DNA of 64,000 nucleotides from Chloroflexota bacterium. GTDB lineage: Bacteria; Chloroflexota; UBA6077; FW602-bin22. Of this stretch, positions 17,577 to 26,711 are shown one piece after another (the first letter of the stretch is position 1; each line of letters starts with the position of its first letter). The position numbers and the translations under genes were made by a program. Under the pieces are notes generated by a model. That model was not told where the DNA came from and did not search any database. It saw only the letters and a list, made by a program, of their open reading frames with translations. The stretch is from the NCBI GenBank assembly GCA_004297775.1, contig SCUE01000016.1, forward strand, positions 41,666 through 105,665, written 5' to 3'.

Positions 17577-18350
17577 GTGAAGATCGTTCGCTACCAGACC
17601 CCATCCGGACCGGCCCACGGCGCGATCCAGGCCGACGGCAGTGTCCGCGCCCTGAAGGGATCGCCGTTCGAGAAGCCAACTCTCGGCGACTCGGCCGGAC
17701 CGCTCGACAAGCTGACGCTTCTACCGCCGTTCGACAACGGCAAGACGATCTGCGTCGGACTGAACTACATCAAGCACATCGAGGAGACGAACGCCAAACG
17801 GCCGGAGTTCCCGTTGCTGTTCATGAAGCCGCGCACGGCGTTGATCGGGCACGGCGCCAACGTCGTGTACCCGAAGATCAGCGAGAACGTCCACTACGAG
17901 GCCGAGTTGGTCATCGTGATGGGCAAGCGCGGCAAGTGGATACCGCGCGAACGCGCCGCCGAACACATTCTGGGTTACACGATCGGCAACGACATTTCGG
18001 CGCGCGACTGGCAGCGCAAGGAGATGGCGAACGGCTTCATCCTCTGGGGCAAGGGGATGGATACCTTCGGTCCGGTCGGTCCCCACGTCGATACCGAGAT
18101 CGACGGCTCGGACCTGCGCATCCAATTGCGCGTCAACGGCGAGACGAAGCAGGACTCGCGCACATCGGATCTGCTGTTCGATGCGGCGCATCTCGTATCG
18201 GAGCTCTCGAAGGCGTTCACCTTCGAGCCGGGCGACATGATCTGGACCGGCACGCCGAGCGGCGTCGGCCCAATCAAGCCCGGCGACGAGATGGAAGTCG
18301 AGATCGAAGGCATCGGGGTATTGCGGAATCGGGTTGTGGCGGAGGGGTAG
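17577..18350 (+). CDS. Fumarylacetoacetate hydrolase (FAH) family protein
   Basis: VKIVRYQ... start at GTG 17577, six nt after GGAGGA (alternative in-frame ATG at 17544). ICVGLNYIKHIEE...PLLFMKP...YEAELVIVMGKRG...GTPSGVG are FAH-family blocks. Confidence 0.85.
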   Translation: MKIVRYQTPSGPAHGAIQADGSVRALKGSPFEKPTLGDSAGPLDKLTLLPPFDNGKTICVGLNYIKHIEETNAKRPEFPLLFMKPRTALIGHGANVVYPKISENVHYEAELVIVMGKRGKWIPRERAAEHILGYTIGNDISARDWQRKEMANGFILWGKGMDTFGPVGPHVDTEIDGSDLRIQLRVNGETKQDSRTSDLLFDAAHLVSELSKAFTFEPGDMIWTGTPSGVGPIKPGDEMEVEIEGIGVLRNRVVAEG

Positions 18351-18411
18351 GGGCGGGCGGAGCGGGATGATTACTTGATGTGTCCTGCATATTGCAGTAC
18401 GCTGAAACGGC

Positions 18412-18690
18412 GTGACGCGCCGACTGGCGCTGATCATCGAAGCAGAGAGTGAGACCTTCCGCTTCTACTATGACGGAGATAACCCGAGCGAACTCCATAT
18501 CACGCGTCGACACGGAACAACCCCGGAAGACGCGATTGGTACTTTCTTGCGCGGATCCGTCGAGCCGTGGGACTCGTCGCGCATGCGATTTGCGTCGTGG
18601 ACGGAGACGCATGTTCTGTTCTGGACGAGGCACGCCCACGATCGGTCTGTCATCGTGATTAGCTACGTCCGAAGGACCGACGAACGATGA
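18412..18690 (+). CDS. BrnT-like (DUF497-like) toxin, tentative
   Basis: 92 aa. HITRRHGTTPEDAIGTFL and VLFWTRHAHDRSVIVISYVRR resemble BrnT blocks. It lies upstream of, and overlaps by 4 nt, a BrnA-like gene. Confidence 0.5.
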   Translation: MTRRLALIIEAESETFRFYYDGDNPSELHITRRHGTTPEDAIGTFLRGSVEPWDSSRMRFASWTETHVLFWTRHAHDRSVIVISYVRRTDER

Positions 18691-19040
18691 TGCAGCAAAC
18701 CGATCAAGGAACGAGTGGACTCAAACATCCGATCACGATGCGTGTCGTCGCCGATCGCGTCGAAGAGGATCCTGAAGTCTCAGCGATGGTTACTAAGTTT
18801 GAGCGGGTGGCCGAACGTGACATGGCGGCAGGAGTCGTCACGTTGCGGTGGCGTCGCAAGCAGATCGCGGTTGTGAAGCGTGCCGCGGCGCTGATGGGTG
18901 TGCCCTACCAGACGTATCTCAAGCAGGTCGTCTTTCGACAGGCGGTGGCAGACATTGAACGGATTGACGCGGCGCTCGGGGTCGAATCAGCATCGACAGT
19001 CGGCGGCACCGTGAGCGAACCGAGCGAGTCGCGCCCGTAG
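18687..19040 (+). CDS. BrnA-like antitoxin (CopG/RHH-type), tentative
   Basis: VTLRWRRKQIAVVKRAAALMGVPYQTYLKQVVFRQAV resembles the (I/V)PYQTLIK signature of BrnA-type antitoxins. ATGA overlap with the upstream ORF. Confidence 0.55.
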   Translation: MMQQTDQGTSGLKHPITMRVVADRVEEDPEVSAMVTKFERVAERDMAAGVVTLRWRRKQIAVVKRAAALMGVPYQTYLKQVVFRQAVADIERIDAALGVESASTVGGTVSEPSESRP

Positions 19041-19190
19041 GTTTGCTATTCTGAGCGCCATCTTCATGGTGGCGATGCAAAGGAGGTCACGTCGGTTCGC
19101 TACGAGTACTGGGTACTCTCAGTCTCGGTTCTGGATAATCACTTCCCGAACCGATCCAAGAAACGCCGCGGGCCCAACGTCGATCGCGAC

Positions 19191-19403
19191 ATGATCGTGC
19201 GGGATCCAGCTGAGACACTTATTCGCTTCACTGACGCTGATGGCGACGATCGAGCGATGTTCGAGGCGCGCGCACTCGTTGAGCTGATCGCCTTGTTCAA
19301 CAAGATGGGCAGCGACGGTTGGCGCCTGCAGCAGTTTACGCTCGACGACCGCAACGAGGCGTGGCCGGAAGGTAGCCATTTCTTCGTGCGAGAGACGCCG
19401 TAA
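19191..19403 (+). CDS. Small DUF4177-like protein (start uncertain)
   Basis: ELIALFNKMGSDGWRLQQFTL resembles the DUF4177 core. The frame is open upstream to 19041, with AGGAGG at 19081, but there is no canonical start codon there. Confidence 0.4.
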   Translation: MIVRDPAETLIRFTDADGDDRAMFEARALVELIALFNKMGSDGWRLQQFTLDDRNEAWPEGSHFFVRETP

Positions 19404-19548
19404 GGCGAAGCTTCGCTGTCAGAAACGCACGGGGCACCTTCGACCATCTTCCGACACAGACGACCGCTGAGGCTCCAACCTTACCGTAATCTGCGAACGC
19501 GTCGCTGAGGCGCCGCTCAGGCCAAGACAGCGTGAATACGATTGTGCG

Positions 19549-20805
19549 ATGCTCTGGCGCGACCGCGACTTTCTGAAGCTCTGGCTCGGCCAGACCGCGT
19601 CGGTCTTCGGCTCGCAGGTGGGCGGCTTCGCGCTGCCGCTGGTCGCGATCATGGTCCTGGAGGCGTCGCCGGCCAGCCTTGCCGCGCTGCGCGTTGCGGA
19701 CCTGGTGCCGGGCATTGTGGTCGGGCTCTTCGCGGGTGTGCTGGTGGATCGCGCGCGACGGCGGCGGTTGATGATCCTGGCCGACCTCGGCCGGGCCCTG
19801 CTGCTGCTGACGATTCCGACCGCGGCGTTCGCGGGCTTCCTCAACATTGCGCTCCTGGCAATCGTCGCGCTATTGGTGGGCACGCTTGCGACGGTCTTCG
19901 ACATTGCCTACCAGGCCTACCTACCGACTCTGGTTCGACCGGAGCGACTGATCGAAGCGAACAGCAAGTTGACCGGGGCGCAGGAGTCGATCGAAGTCGT
20001 CGGTTTCGGGTTGGCCGGCGCGATCGTGCAGGCGGTGACCGCGCCGGGCGCCATCCTGGTCGATGCGTTCTCCTTCGTTGTGTCGGCGATCTCGCTCGGG
20101 TCGATTCGGGCGCCCGATCCGCGGCCAAGCGGTTCCGGTGTCGAGGCGGGATGGGCCAGTCGCCTGCCCGCTCGGGAGCAGATCCGCCGTGGCGTTCTCG
20201 CCGAAGCGCTCGACGGGCTCCGATTCGTCGGGCGCGATCGCGTCCTCCGGGCGCTTACCGTGTCTCAGGCCGCCGAACAGTTCTTCGTCCAGATGTTCGT
20301 GGTCGTGCTCATGCTGTTCCTCGTTCGGGAGCTGGACCTAACACCGCTGGTCATCGGATTGCTGTTTGGGATCGGCGGCGCCAGTTCGCTGGTAGGAAGC
20401 ATCGTGGCCGAACGGGTGGCGCGAACGTTCGGCCTCGGCGCAACGCTCATCGGGTCGTTCGGCCTGTATCGGCTGACGACGCTACTTCTTCCTCTGGCGG
20501 GGGGACCGTGGTGGCTCGCGCTGCTGCTCGTGGGGGGCTCGCAGGTGTTCGACGGCGCGAGCATCGTGTTCGCCATCCACTCGCGCTCGCTCATCCAGCG
20601 CATCACGCCGGACGAATTCCTGGGCCGCGTCAACGCGAGTATGCGTTTCGTGAACTGGGGCGCGATGCTGACCGGAACGGTCGTCGGCGGAGTCATCGCG
20701 GAGACGGTTGGTGTACGCGAAACCATCTGGGTCGGCGCCGTGGGCGGCATCTTCGCCACGTATTGGCTGATCGCGTCGCCGATTCGGGGTTTGCGGGAAG
20801 CGTAG
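19549..20805 (+). CDS. MFS transporter (EntS/MFS_3-like)
   Basis: 418 aa, about 12 TM helices. The N-terminus FLKLWLGQTASVFGSQVGGFALPLVA and the VDRARRRRLM loop are typical of this MFS subgroup. Confidence 0.8.
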   Translation: MLWRDRDFLKLWLGQTASVFGSQVGGFALPLVAIMVLEASPASLAALRVADLVPGIVVGLFAGVLVDRARRRRLMILADLGRALLLLTIPTAAFAGFLNIALLAIVALLVGTLATVFDIAYQAYLPTLVRPERLIEANSKLTGAQESIEVVGFGLAGAIVQAVTAPGAILVDAFSFVVSAISLGSIRAPDPRPSGSGVEAGWASRLPAREQIRRGVLAEALDGLRFVGRDRVLRALTVSQAAEQFFVQMFVVVLMLFLVRELDLTPLVIGLLFGIGGASSLVGSIVAERVARTFGLGATLIGSFGLYRLTTLLLPLAGGPWWLALLLVGGSQVFDGASIVFAIHSRSLIQRITPDEFLGRVNASMRFVNWGAMLTGTVVGGVIAETVGVRETIWVGAVGGIFATYWLIASPIRGLREA

Positions 20806-20821
20806 GCGCGAGCGGCCAGCC

Positions 20822-21562
20822 CTACGCGCGAATGGGCCACGGACCGCCGTTGAGATACTGCTCGACACGGTCCGGTCGCATCGGAAACCCGGCCGCTTCG
20901 AGCGCGGCGATCTCGCGTCGATGGTCGAACGCGACTCGCCGTGTCTCGACTGTCACCTCGTCACCGAACGTGATGATGCTGTAAGCCGGTCGCGGATCGC
21001 GATCGTTCGACCCATTCACGGCGCCAACGCTGACCACGATGCCGTCCGGGATCCGTCGCCGATGAGCGCTGTGGATGTGGCCGTGCGCCAAGACGGTTGC
21101 ACCGGACACCGCGAGCATGCGCGCGAAGACTTCGTCCAGCGCGTCGGGCGGAACGATCTCGTGAACGCTCCAAGGCGTCGCATGCACGAGCACAAACTCG
21201 TGCCGACGGTGGCGGCGTCGGATCTCGCGCGGCAACGCCCGCAGAAACGACCGGTGCCGGTCGTCGAGTCGGTCGACCGACCATTGGAGGCCGCGCCGAA
21301 TCTGGTCGGTGATGTCCTCGCCATCGATTGGCAGCCCATCGGCAACCTGAACCAGCAAGAGATCGGCATTCCCCAGAACAGTCGGCCAGTCGCGTTCGAT
21401 GAGGGTGTCGATCACGGCAGCCGGTTGCCTTCCGCCCTGGGCGACATCGCCGCCAACGAGAACCTCATCGACTGCCTGCGAGTCGAGATCCACCAGCGCG
21501 GCCGTGAACGCGGCCATGCTGCCGTGCATGTCGGAGATCACCGCTATTCGGTAGTCGGTCAC
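20822..21562 (-). CDS. Metallophosphoesterase
   Basis: Likely GTG start at 21562 after GGAGGA. IAVISDMHG, GGDVAQGG, GNAD and HGH blocks match calcineurin-like phosphoesterases. Confidence 0.75.
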   Translation of the reverse strand: MTDYRIAVISDMHGSMAAFTAALVDLDSQAVDEVLVGGDVAQGGRQPAAVIDTLIERDWPTVLGNADLLLVQVADGLPIDGEDITDQIRRGLQWSVDRLDDRHRSFLRALPREIRRRHRRHEFVLVHATPWSVHEIVPPDALDEVFARMLAVSGATVLAHGHIHSAHRRRIPDGIVVSVGAVNGSNDRDPRPAYSIITFGDEVTVETRRVAFDHRREIAALEAAGFPMRPDRVEQYLNGGPWPIRA

Positions 21563-21606
21563 ACCTTGCTCCTCCCCGTGTTTCTCTCCGCGTAATTGGC
21601 GCGGCG

Positions 21607-23412
21607 TTACTCGCCCGGCACCCCAGCCGCCGATCGCACCGTCCACCCACGGCTGGCCGCGTGCGCGCGGTACATCGCGGCGTAGAGGCCGTCGCGCGCA
21701 ATGAGATCATCGTGCGTCCCGATTTCCGCGACGCGACCGTCGTCGAGGACGACGATTCGGTCGGCGTTTCGGATCGTCGAGAGGCGATGGGCAATCACGA
21801 TCGTCGTGCGACCGCGTGCTAATCGCTCGAGTGCTTCCTGGATGAGCCCCTCGGTTTCGGCGTCGACCGATGAGGTCGCCTCGTCCAGGACCAGGATCGG
21901 CGCGTCACGCAGGAGCGCGCGCGCGATCGAGATGCGCTGCTTCTGCCCGCCGGATAGGCGAACGCCACGTTCGCCGACCCGCGCCTCGTATCCGCCCGGC
22001 AGATCCCGGATGAAGCCATCCGCGTTCGCCGCCCGCGCGGCTGCCTCGATCTGCACCTCGGTCGCGTTCGGCCGCGCGACGAGCAGGTTCTCACGCACCG
22101 ACCCCTCAAAGAGGAAGACATCCTGCAGCACCATCGCGACCTGACGGCGGGCGAACGCCAGCGGCAGATCGCGCACGTCGTGGTCGCCGAGGCGGACGCT
22201 GCCATTCCACGGGTCGTACAGCCGTGGCACCAGACTGGCGGTCGTGCTCTTGCCGGCGCCGGTCATACCCACCAGCGCAACCGTCTCCCCAGCCGCGACC
22301 AAGAAAGACACGTCACGAAGAACCGGCCGGTCCGGGTCGTAACCAAACGTGACATCGCGGAACTCGACCGACCACGCGTTGACCCGCGGTGCGGGCGTGT
22401 CGGGGCGATCGAGCATGTCGGGCTCGGCGTCGAGCAGTGAGAACACGCGATCGGCGCTCGCGATCGCGGTGTTCACCGATTCGCCGAGCGCGGCCAACTG
22501 CAGTAGCGGCAGATAGATCTGCCCGAGGTAGAACACGAACACCAGCAGGTCGGCGGCCGCGATCTCGCCGCCGAGCGCGCGCGAGGCGCCCTGCCAGATG
22601 ACGAGCGCCGCGGCGACACCGGCCAGCGCTTCGAGTGCCGAGGTTGGGATCAGCGTGTTCCGATTTGCGGCGACGATTTCGTCCCGGAAACCGCGACTCT
22701 GCCGTTCGACGAGCGCCTGACGCGACGCCTCGGCGCCAAACGCCTTGACGACGGTGATGCCGGCCAGGCTCTCTTGCACCGTCGCGCTGAGTTCTGAAAG
22801 CCGCGCGCGTACTCGGCGCCACCTTCGCTGCATCGGCGGCAGGAACGCGACGCTCAACCAGACGGCGATCGGTAGCGGCGCCAGCGCGACGAGCGCGAGC
22901 TGCCAATTCAACGCGACCAGAATTGCGATCATCGCCGTCGGCACGAGCATGGCCTGGGTCGCCTGCGTGACCGCGTGGGCGATGAATACTTCGATCTCGG
23001 TCGCGTCGACCACCGCGCGCGTCGCGATCTCGGCCGAGCGCCGGTCGGCGAAGAAGCGTTGCGGCAGCCGCTGGACGTGGGCAAAGACGCGTTCGATCAG
23101 GTCGTTCAGCACGCGGTATGCCACGACGTGCGACGTGAACGTCTCGCCGTACCGCGTGAGACCGCGCAGCAACGCCACGATGACGAGCACCGCCGCGAGT
23201 TCGCCGATCGCGACCGCGTCACCGCTCGGGTTCACCAATGCGCCGATCACGGCGCGGACGACCAGCGGCGGCACAAGGCTGAGCAGCGTGTACGCCAGTC
23301 CGCACGCGACCGCGAAGAACAGCGGCCGACGGTGGCCGCGCGTCAGACCGAAGACGCGCGCGATCAGGGGAAGAATGCCCGGTGTCCGCTCGATTCGCTG
23401 TCCGGCCGTCAC
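21607..23412 (-). CDS. ABC exporter, fused permease/ATPase (MsbA/multidrug type)
   Basis: Six-TM N-terminal half. GMTGAGKST (Walker A), LSGGQKQRISIARALL (signature), ILVLDEATSSVD (Walker B), IAHRLST (H-loop). Confidence 0.9.
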   Translation of the reverse strand: MTAGQRIERTPGILPLIARVFGLTRGHRRPLFFAVACGLAYTLLSLVPPLVVRAVIGALVNPSGDAVAIGELAAVLVIVALLRGLTRYGETFTSHVVAYRVLNDLIERVFAHVQRLPQRFFADRRSAEIATRAVVDATEIEVFIAHAVTQATQAMLVPTAMIAILVALNWQLALVALAPLPIAVWLSVAFLPPMQRRWRRVRARLSELSATVQESLAGITVVKAFGAEASRQALVERQSRGFRDEIVAANRNTLIPTSALEALAGVAAALVIWQGASRALGGEIAAADLLVFVFYLGQIYLPLLQLAALGESVNTAIASADRVFSLLDAEPDMLDRPDTPAPRVNAWSVEFRDVTFGYDPDRPVLRDVSFLVAAGETVALVGMTGAGKSTTASLVPRLYDPWNGSVRLGDHDVRDLPLAFARRQVAMVLQDVFLFEGSVRENLLVARPNATEVQIEAAARAANADGFIRDLPGGYEARVGERGVRLSGGQKQRISIARALLRDAPILVLDEATSSVDAETEGLIQEALERLARGRTTIVIAHRLSTIRNADRIVVLDDGRVAEIGTHDDLIARDGLYAAMYRAHAASRGWTVRSAAGVPGE

Positions 23413-23432
23413 CGCTGCGATTCTATCGGCGC

Positions 23433-24309
23433 GATGTCCGGTACAATGCCGGCTATGCGACTTGCTGGATGGACGTACTCATACGACGGAATCCCACTCG
23501 AAGAATCGGTCGCGCATATGGCGCGCGTTGGCTTCTCCGGCTTCGAGCTCGCCACCGGCGAAACCCACTCGACGCCGATCGACGCTCTCGATGAACGCCG
23601 GGTCGACGACGTGCGACGGCTCTCCCAGGAACACAACATGGCGGTTGTCGCCGTATCGGCGCTATTCGGTTTCGTGCCGGAGAGCGACGCCGCCTGGCAG
23701 ACGACAATGACGCGCTGGCGCCGAGCGATCGAAGCCGCGGCCACGCTCGGCGCGCCGTTCGTCGCGTCGTGTTCGATGGGTGCACCGTCCGGATGGACGC
23801 GCGACCGCTTCTGGCCGGCGATGGTCGCGGCCGCGCGCGAGGTGGCCGATTACGCGGCCGATCGCGGCATCAGCGTCGCGGTGGAGCCGCACTGGGCGCA
23901 CGCGATCGAGCGACCGGGCGACATTCTCGAACTGATTGCCGCCTGCGGTCGCGCGAACCTCGTCGTCAACTGCGATGTCTGTCATCCTTTCGCCCTCGGC
24001 TACGATCTCGAGGGCATCGCCGCCACTCTTGGCGCGCGCGCGGCCTACGCCCACGTCTGCGACGTGCGTGGCCGCCACCCCGGCGGTCCGCCCCCGGCCG
24101 GGCATCAACTCGTCAATCCCGGCGAAGGCGAGATCGACTGGCCGCGCTGGCTCGGACTCCTGCACAAGGTCGGCTACCAGGGCTGGATCACGACCCAGAT
24201 CTCGGTCATGCGCCGCGCCTGGCCCGGCTACGACGCCCGCGTCGCGATGGAAGAGGTCTACCGCGTCATCACCGGCGCGATGGCGAAGGCGGGCGTGCCA
24301 AGGATCTGA
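23433..24309 (+). CDS. Sugar phosphate isomerase/epimerase (xylose isomerase-like TIM barrel)
   Basis: ...RVGFSGFELA..., ...ISVAVEPH..., the family layout, and about 290 aa. Alternative starts lie at 23445 and 23454. Confidence 0.65.
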
Positions 24310-24460
24310 CTGCACGGGTCATCCTGGCTCATGGAACTTTTCGGACCGTTGGGAGCGGGTACGGGCTGAACACCGGCAATCCAGCAAGCGACTTCCGCCA
24401 CAGAACGGCGTTCGAAGGTTGCACCGCACTGATTCACGAAAACAGTGATACAGTAATTGT

Positions 24461-24790
24461 GTGGCGAATGTGACGATCTCGCTCCCCGACGACATCGTGC
24501 GCGAGGCGCGGCATCTGGCCGTGGATCGCGGTGAGTCGCTGTCGAAATTCGTTTCGCGACTGGTTGAGGAGCAAGTCGGGCGCGTTCACGAGCGATCGGC
24601 CGCGCGCGAGCGCCAGAGGCGCATGATGGCTGAAGGGTTCCATTCGAACGATGCCTTAGAGGATTTCGCGGAGCCCAGTGATGCACGTGACCGAGCGCGC
24701 GAGAGACTGCGTCAGATGATGGCGCCGGGGCTTGAACTCGGAATGCCGGACAAGGTCACCTGGACCCGAGACGAACTCTACGAGCGCTGA
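24461..24790 (+). CDS. Ribbon-helix-helix antitoxin (VapB-like)
   Basis: GTG start. MANVTISLPDDIVREARHLAVDRGESLSKFVSRLVEE is a classic RHH N-terminus. It lies directly upstream of a PIN gene. Confidence 0.7.
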   Translation: MANVTISLPDDIVREARHLAVDRGESLSKFVSRLVEEQVGRVHERSAARERQRRMMAEGFHSNDALEDFAEPSDARDRARERLRQMMAPGLELGMPDKVTWTRDELYER

Positions 24791-25199
24791 ATTCTGCGAC
24801 ACCAACATCCTGGCGTACGCGTTTCAGGCTGGCACCGGGTCCACACACGAGGCGGCGCGAAACCTTGTCCAAGGCCTTGGCGATCGCGGCGACGGGGTCA
24901 CCAGCGTCCAGGTACTCAATGAACTCTTCGTCACGTTGACACGGAAACTCCGACCAGGGACGCATGTGAGCAATGCGCGTGAGATCGTGAGTGAGTTGTC
25001 CACCGCTTGGGGGATCGTCGACCTCACCGCCGCCGACGTCCTGCTGGCGATCGACAATGCCACGCGCTGGCAGATCTCGTACTGGGACGCGTTGATCCCG
25101 ACATCGGCGGCCAAGGCTGGCGCAAGCGTCATCCGGACCGAGGACCTCAACCACGGTCAGGCGTACGGTCCCGTGACTGTGCGCAATCCGTTTCGCTGA
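24732..25199 (+). CDS. PIN-domain toxin (VapC-like); start uncertain
   Basis: FCDTNILAYA (first acidic residue), VLNELF, YWDALI, EDLNHGQ. The nearest canonical start (24732) overlaps the antitoxin gene by 59 nt. Confidence 0.7.
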   Translation: MNSECRTRSPGPETNSTSAEFCDTNILAYAFQAGTGSTHEAARNLVQGLGDRGDGVTSVQVLNELFVTLTRKLRPGTHVSNAREIVSELSTAWGIVDLTAADVLLAIDNATRWQISYWDALIPTSAAKAGASVIRTEDLNHGQAYGPVTVRNPFR

Positions 25200-25305
25200 G
25201 GTATTTCGCGCCGCCACGACCACGCAATGCCGGCGCCCAGGCGCCGCGGTCACCTGAGATGCGGGCATCGCAGGCAGCCGATCCGGGTCGGCCGCCTCAC
25301 TGGCC

Positions 25306-25737
25306 CTACGCACGCGTGAGTAGCTGAATCCCGCTTGAATCCTTCGCGCGTCGCGTCAGCTTCAGGTCGTACAGGCGGTGAATCGAGATCTCGGAGAGCG
25401 CGAGAACTTCGCAGCCCTCGTGCATGTGCCCGCCGTAGTACGTATCGACGCCGTTCCAGAGTGACACGTGGATGTGCGGCTGGAAGTTGGCGATCACGCC
25501 GCCGAACTGCACGACCTCGAGTGGACCGTCCAGGTGCAGATGATCCTCCTTCGGCGGGTAGTCATTCGAGCGGACGGTGTGGATGTACGCCTTGGTGAAG
25601 CTGCCGATCCCGCTCGTCACGACGCCGTTGGCGATGTTCGCCTCGCGGGCGACTTTCTCGAGCGATTCGAACGCCATCTCGCCGCGCTCCAGGATGACGA
25701 TGACGAATCCGCTCCGAGCATCTTCGAACCATTCCAT
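25306..25737 (-). CDS. PPC/DUF296 domain protein
   Basis: ATG at 25737 after GGAGGT. MEWFEDARSGFVIVILERGEMAFESLEKVAREANIANGVVTSGIGSF...HIHVSL... matches the PPC (DUF296) pattern. The longer track ORF upstream is compositionally non-coding. Confidence 0.65.
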   Translation of the reverse strand: MEWFEDARSGFVIVILERGEMAFESLEKVAREANIANGVVTSGIGSFTKAYIHTVRSNDYPPKEDHLHLDGPLEVVQFGGVIANFQPHIHVSLWNGVDTYYGGHMHEGCEVLALSEISIHRLYDLKLTRRAKDSSGIQLLTRA

Positions 25738-25852
25738 GACCGCACCTCCAGTTGACCCAAGTATCGCCGCCCGCGTCGAACCTGTCCGCCGGCGCGACAC
25801 CGACACCGTGCGCCCAGGCATGTACCATCCCCGGCGCGAAGGGAGCGACACA

Positions 25853-26668
25853 ATGGGACGACTATCCGGCAAGGTCGCCGTCATCACGGGCGCGGCACAG
25901 GGGATCGGCAAGGCCACCGCCGCGCTCTTCGCCGGCGAGGGCGCCCGCGTCGCGGTGGTCGACATCGACGTTGCACACGGCGAGGAGACGGTCGCGCAGA
26001 TTCACGCCGCCGGTGGCGACGCAATCTTTCTGAATTGCGATGTCGGCATCGAGGCGGACTGTCAGCGCATGATCGCCGAGACCGCTCAGCGCTACGGCCG
26101 CATCGACACGCTCTTCAACAACGCGTACTGGAGCGCCTGGGGTTCGGTCCTGGAGGTCTCGCCGGCCGACTGGGACCGATCGCTCAATGTGATGGTCAAG
26201 GCGATCTACCTCGGCTGCCGCTTCGCGATCCCGGAGATGATCAAAGTCGGCGGCGGTTCGATCATCTCGACAGCCTCGGTCCACGGGCTGTTGGCCGCCG
26301 CGCGGAGTGCCGCTTACGAGGCGTCCAAGGCCGCGGTCATCAATCTCATGCGCGAGGTCGCGGTCGATTTCGGCCACCAGAACATCCGCGCCAACGCGAT
26401 CTGCCCCGGTTGGATCATCACCGAGCGCGGCGAGGAGGGCGTCCGTCGCGACCCCGAATCGGTCACACGCGCCAATCACATGTACCCGATCGGCCGGCCG
26501 GGCCGCCCGATCGACATCGCTCACGCTGCGCTCTTCCTGGCGTCCGACGAGTCCACGTTCGTGACCGGCCAGGCTCTGGTCGTCGATGGCGGTCTGACGG
26601 TTCAACTGCAGGACTCGCTCGTCGATCGCATGGCGGAGTACTACCGGTCGGGCGGAGCGAAGCGGTGA
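25853..26668 (+). CDS. Short-chain dehydrogenase/reductase (SDR)
   Basis: KVAVITGAAQGIGKA (TGxxxGxG), NNA, SVHGL...YEASKAAV (YxxxK). Confidence 0.85.
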   Translation: MGRLSGKVAVITGAAQGIGKATAALFAGEGARVAVVDIDVAHGEETVAQIHAAGGDAIFLNCDVGIEADCQRMIAETAQRYGRIDTLFNNAYWSAWGSVLEVSPADWDRSLNVMVKAIYLGCRFAIPEMIKVGGGSIISTASVHGLLAAARSAAYEASKAAVINLMREVAVDFGHQNIRANAICPGWIITERGEEGVRRDPESVTRANHMYPIGRPGRPIDIAHAALFLASDESTFVTGQALVVDGGLTVQLQDSLVDRMAEYYRSGGAKR

Positions 26669-26711
26669 CGCGCCGCGCCGTTCACGCCACACTCGATCGC
26701 GCAAGGGAGGA

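Noticed and set aside
25200-25305. GC palindromes (GGCGCC-ca-GGCGCC, GCCGA-tccggg-TCGGC) between the convergent PIN and PPC genes, as terminators.
   Set aside because: The stems are short and lack U-tracts. They could be terminators in a high-GC organism, but the sequence alone is not enough to call them.
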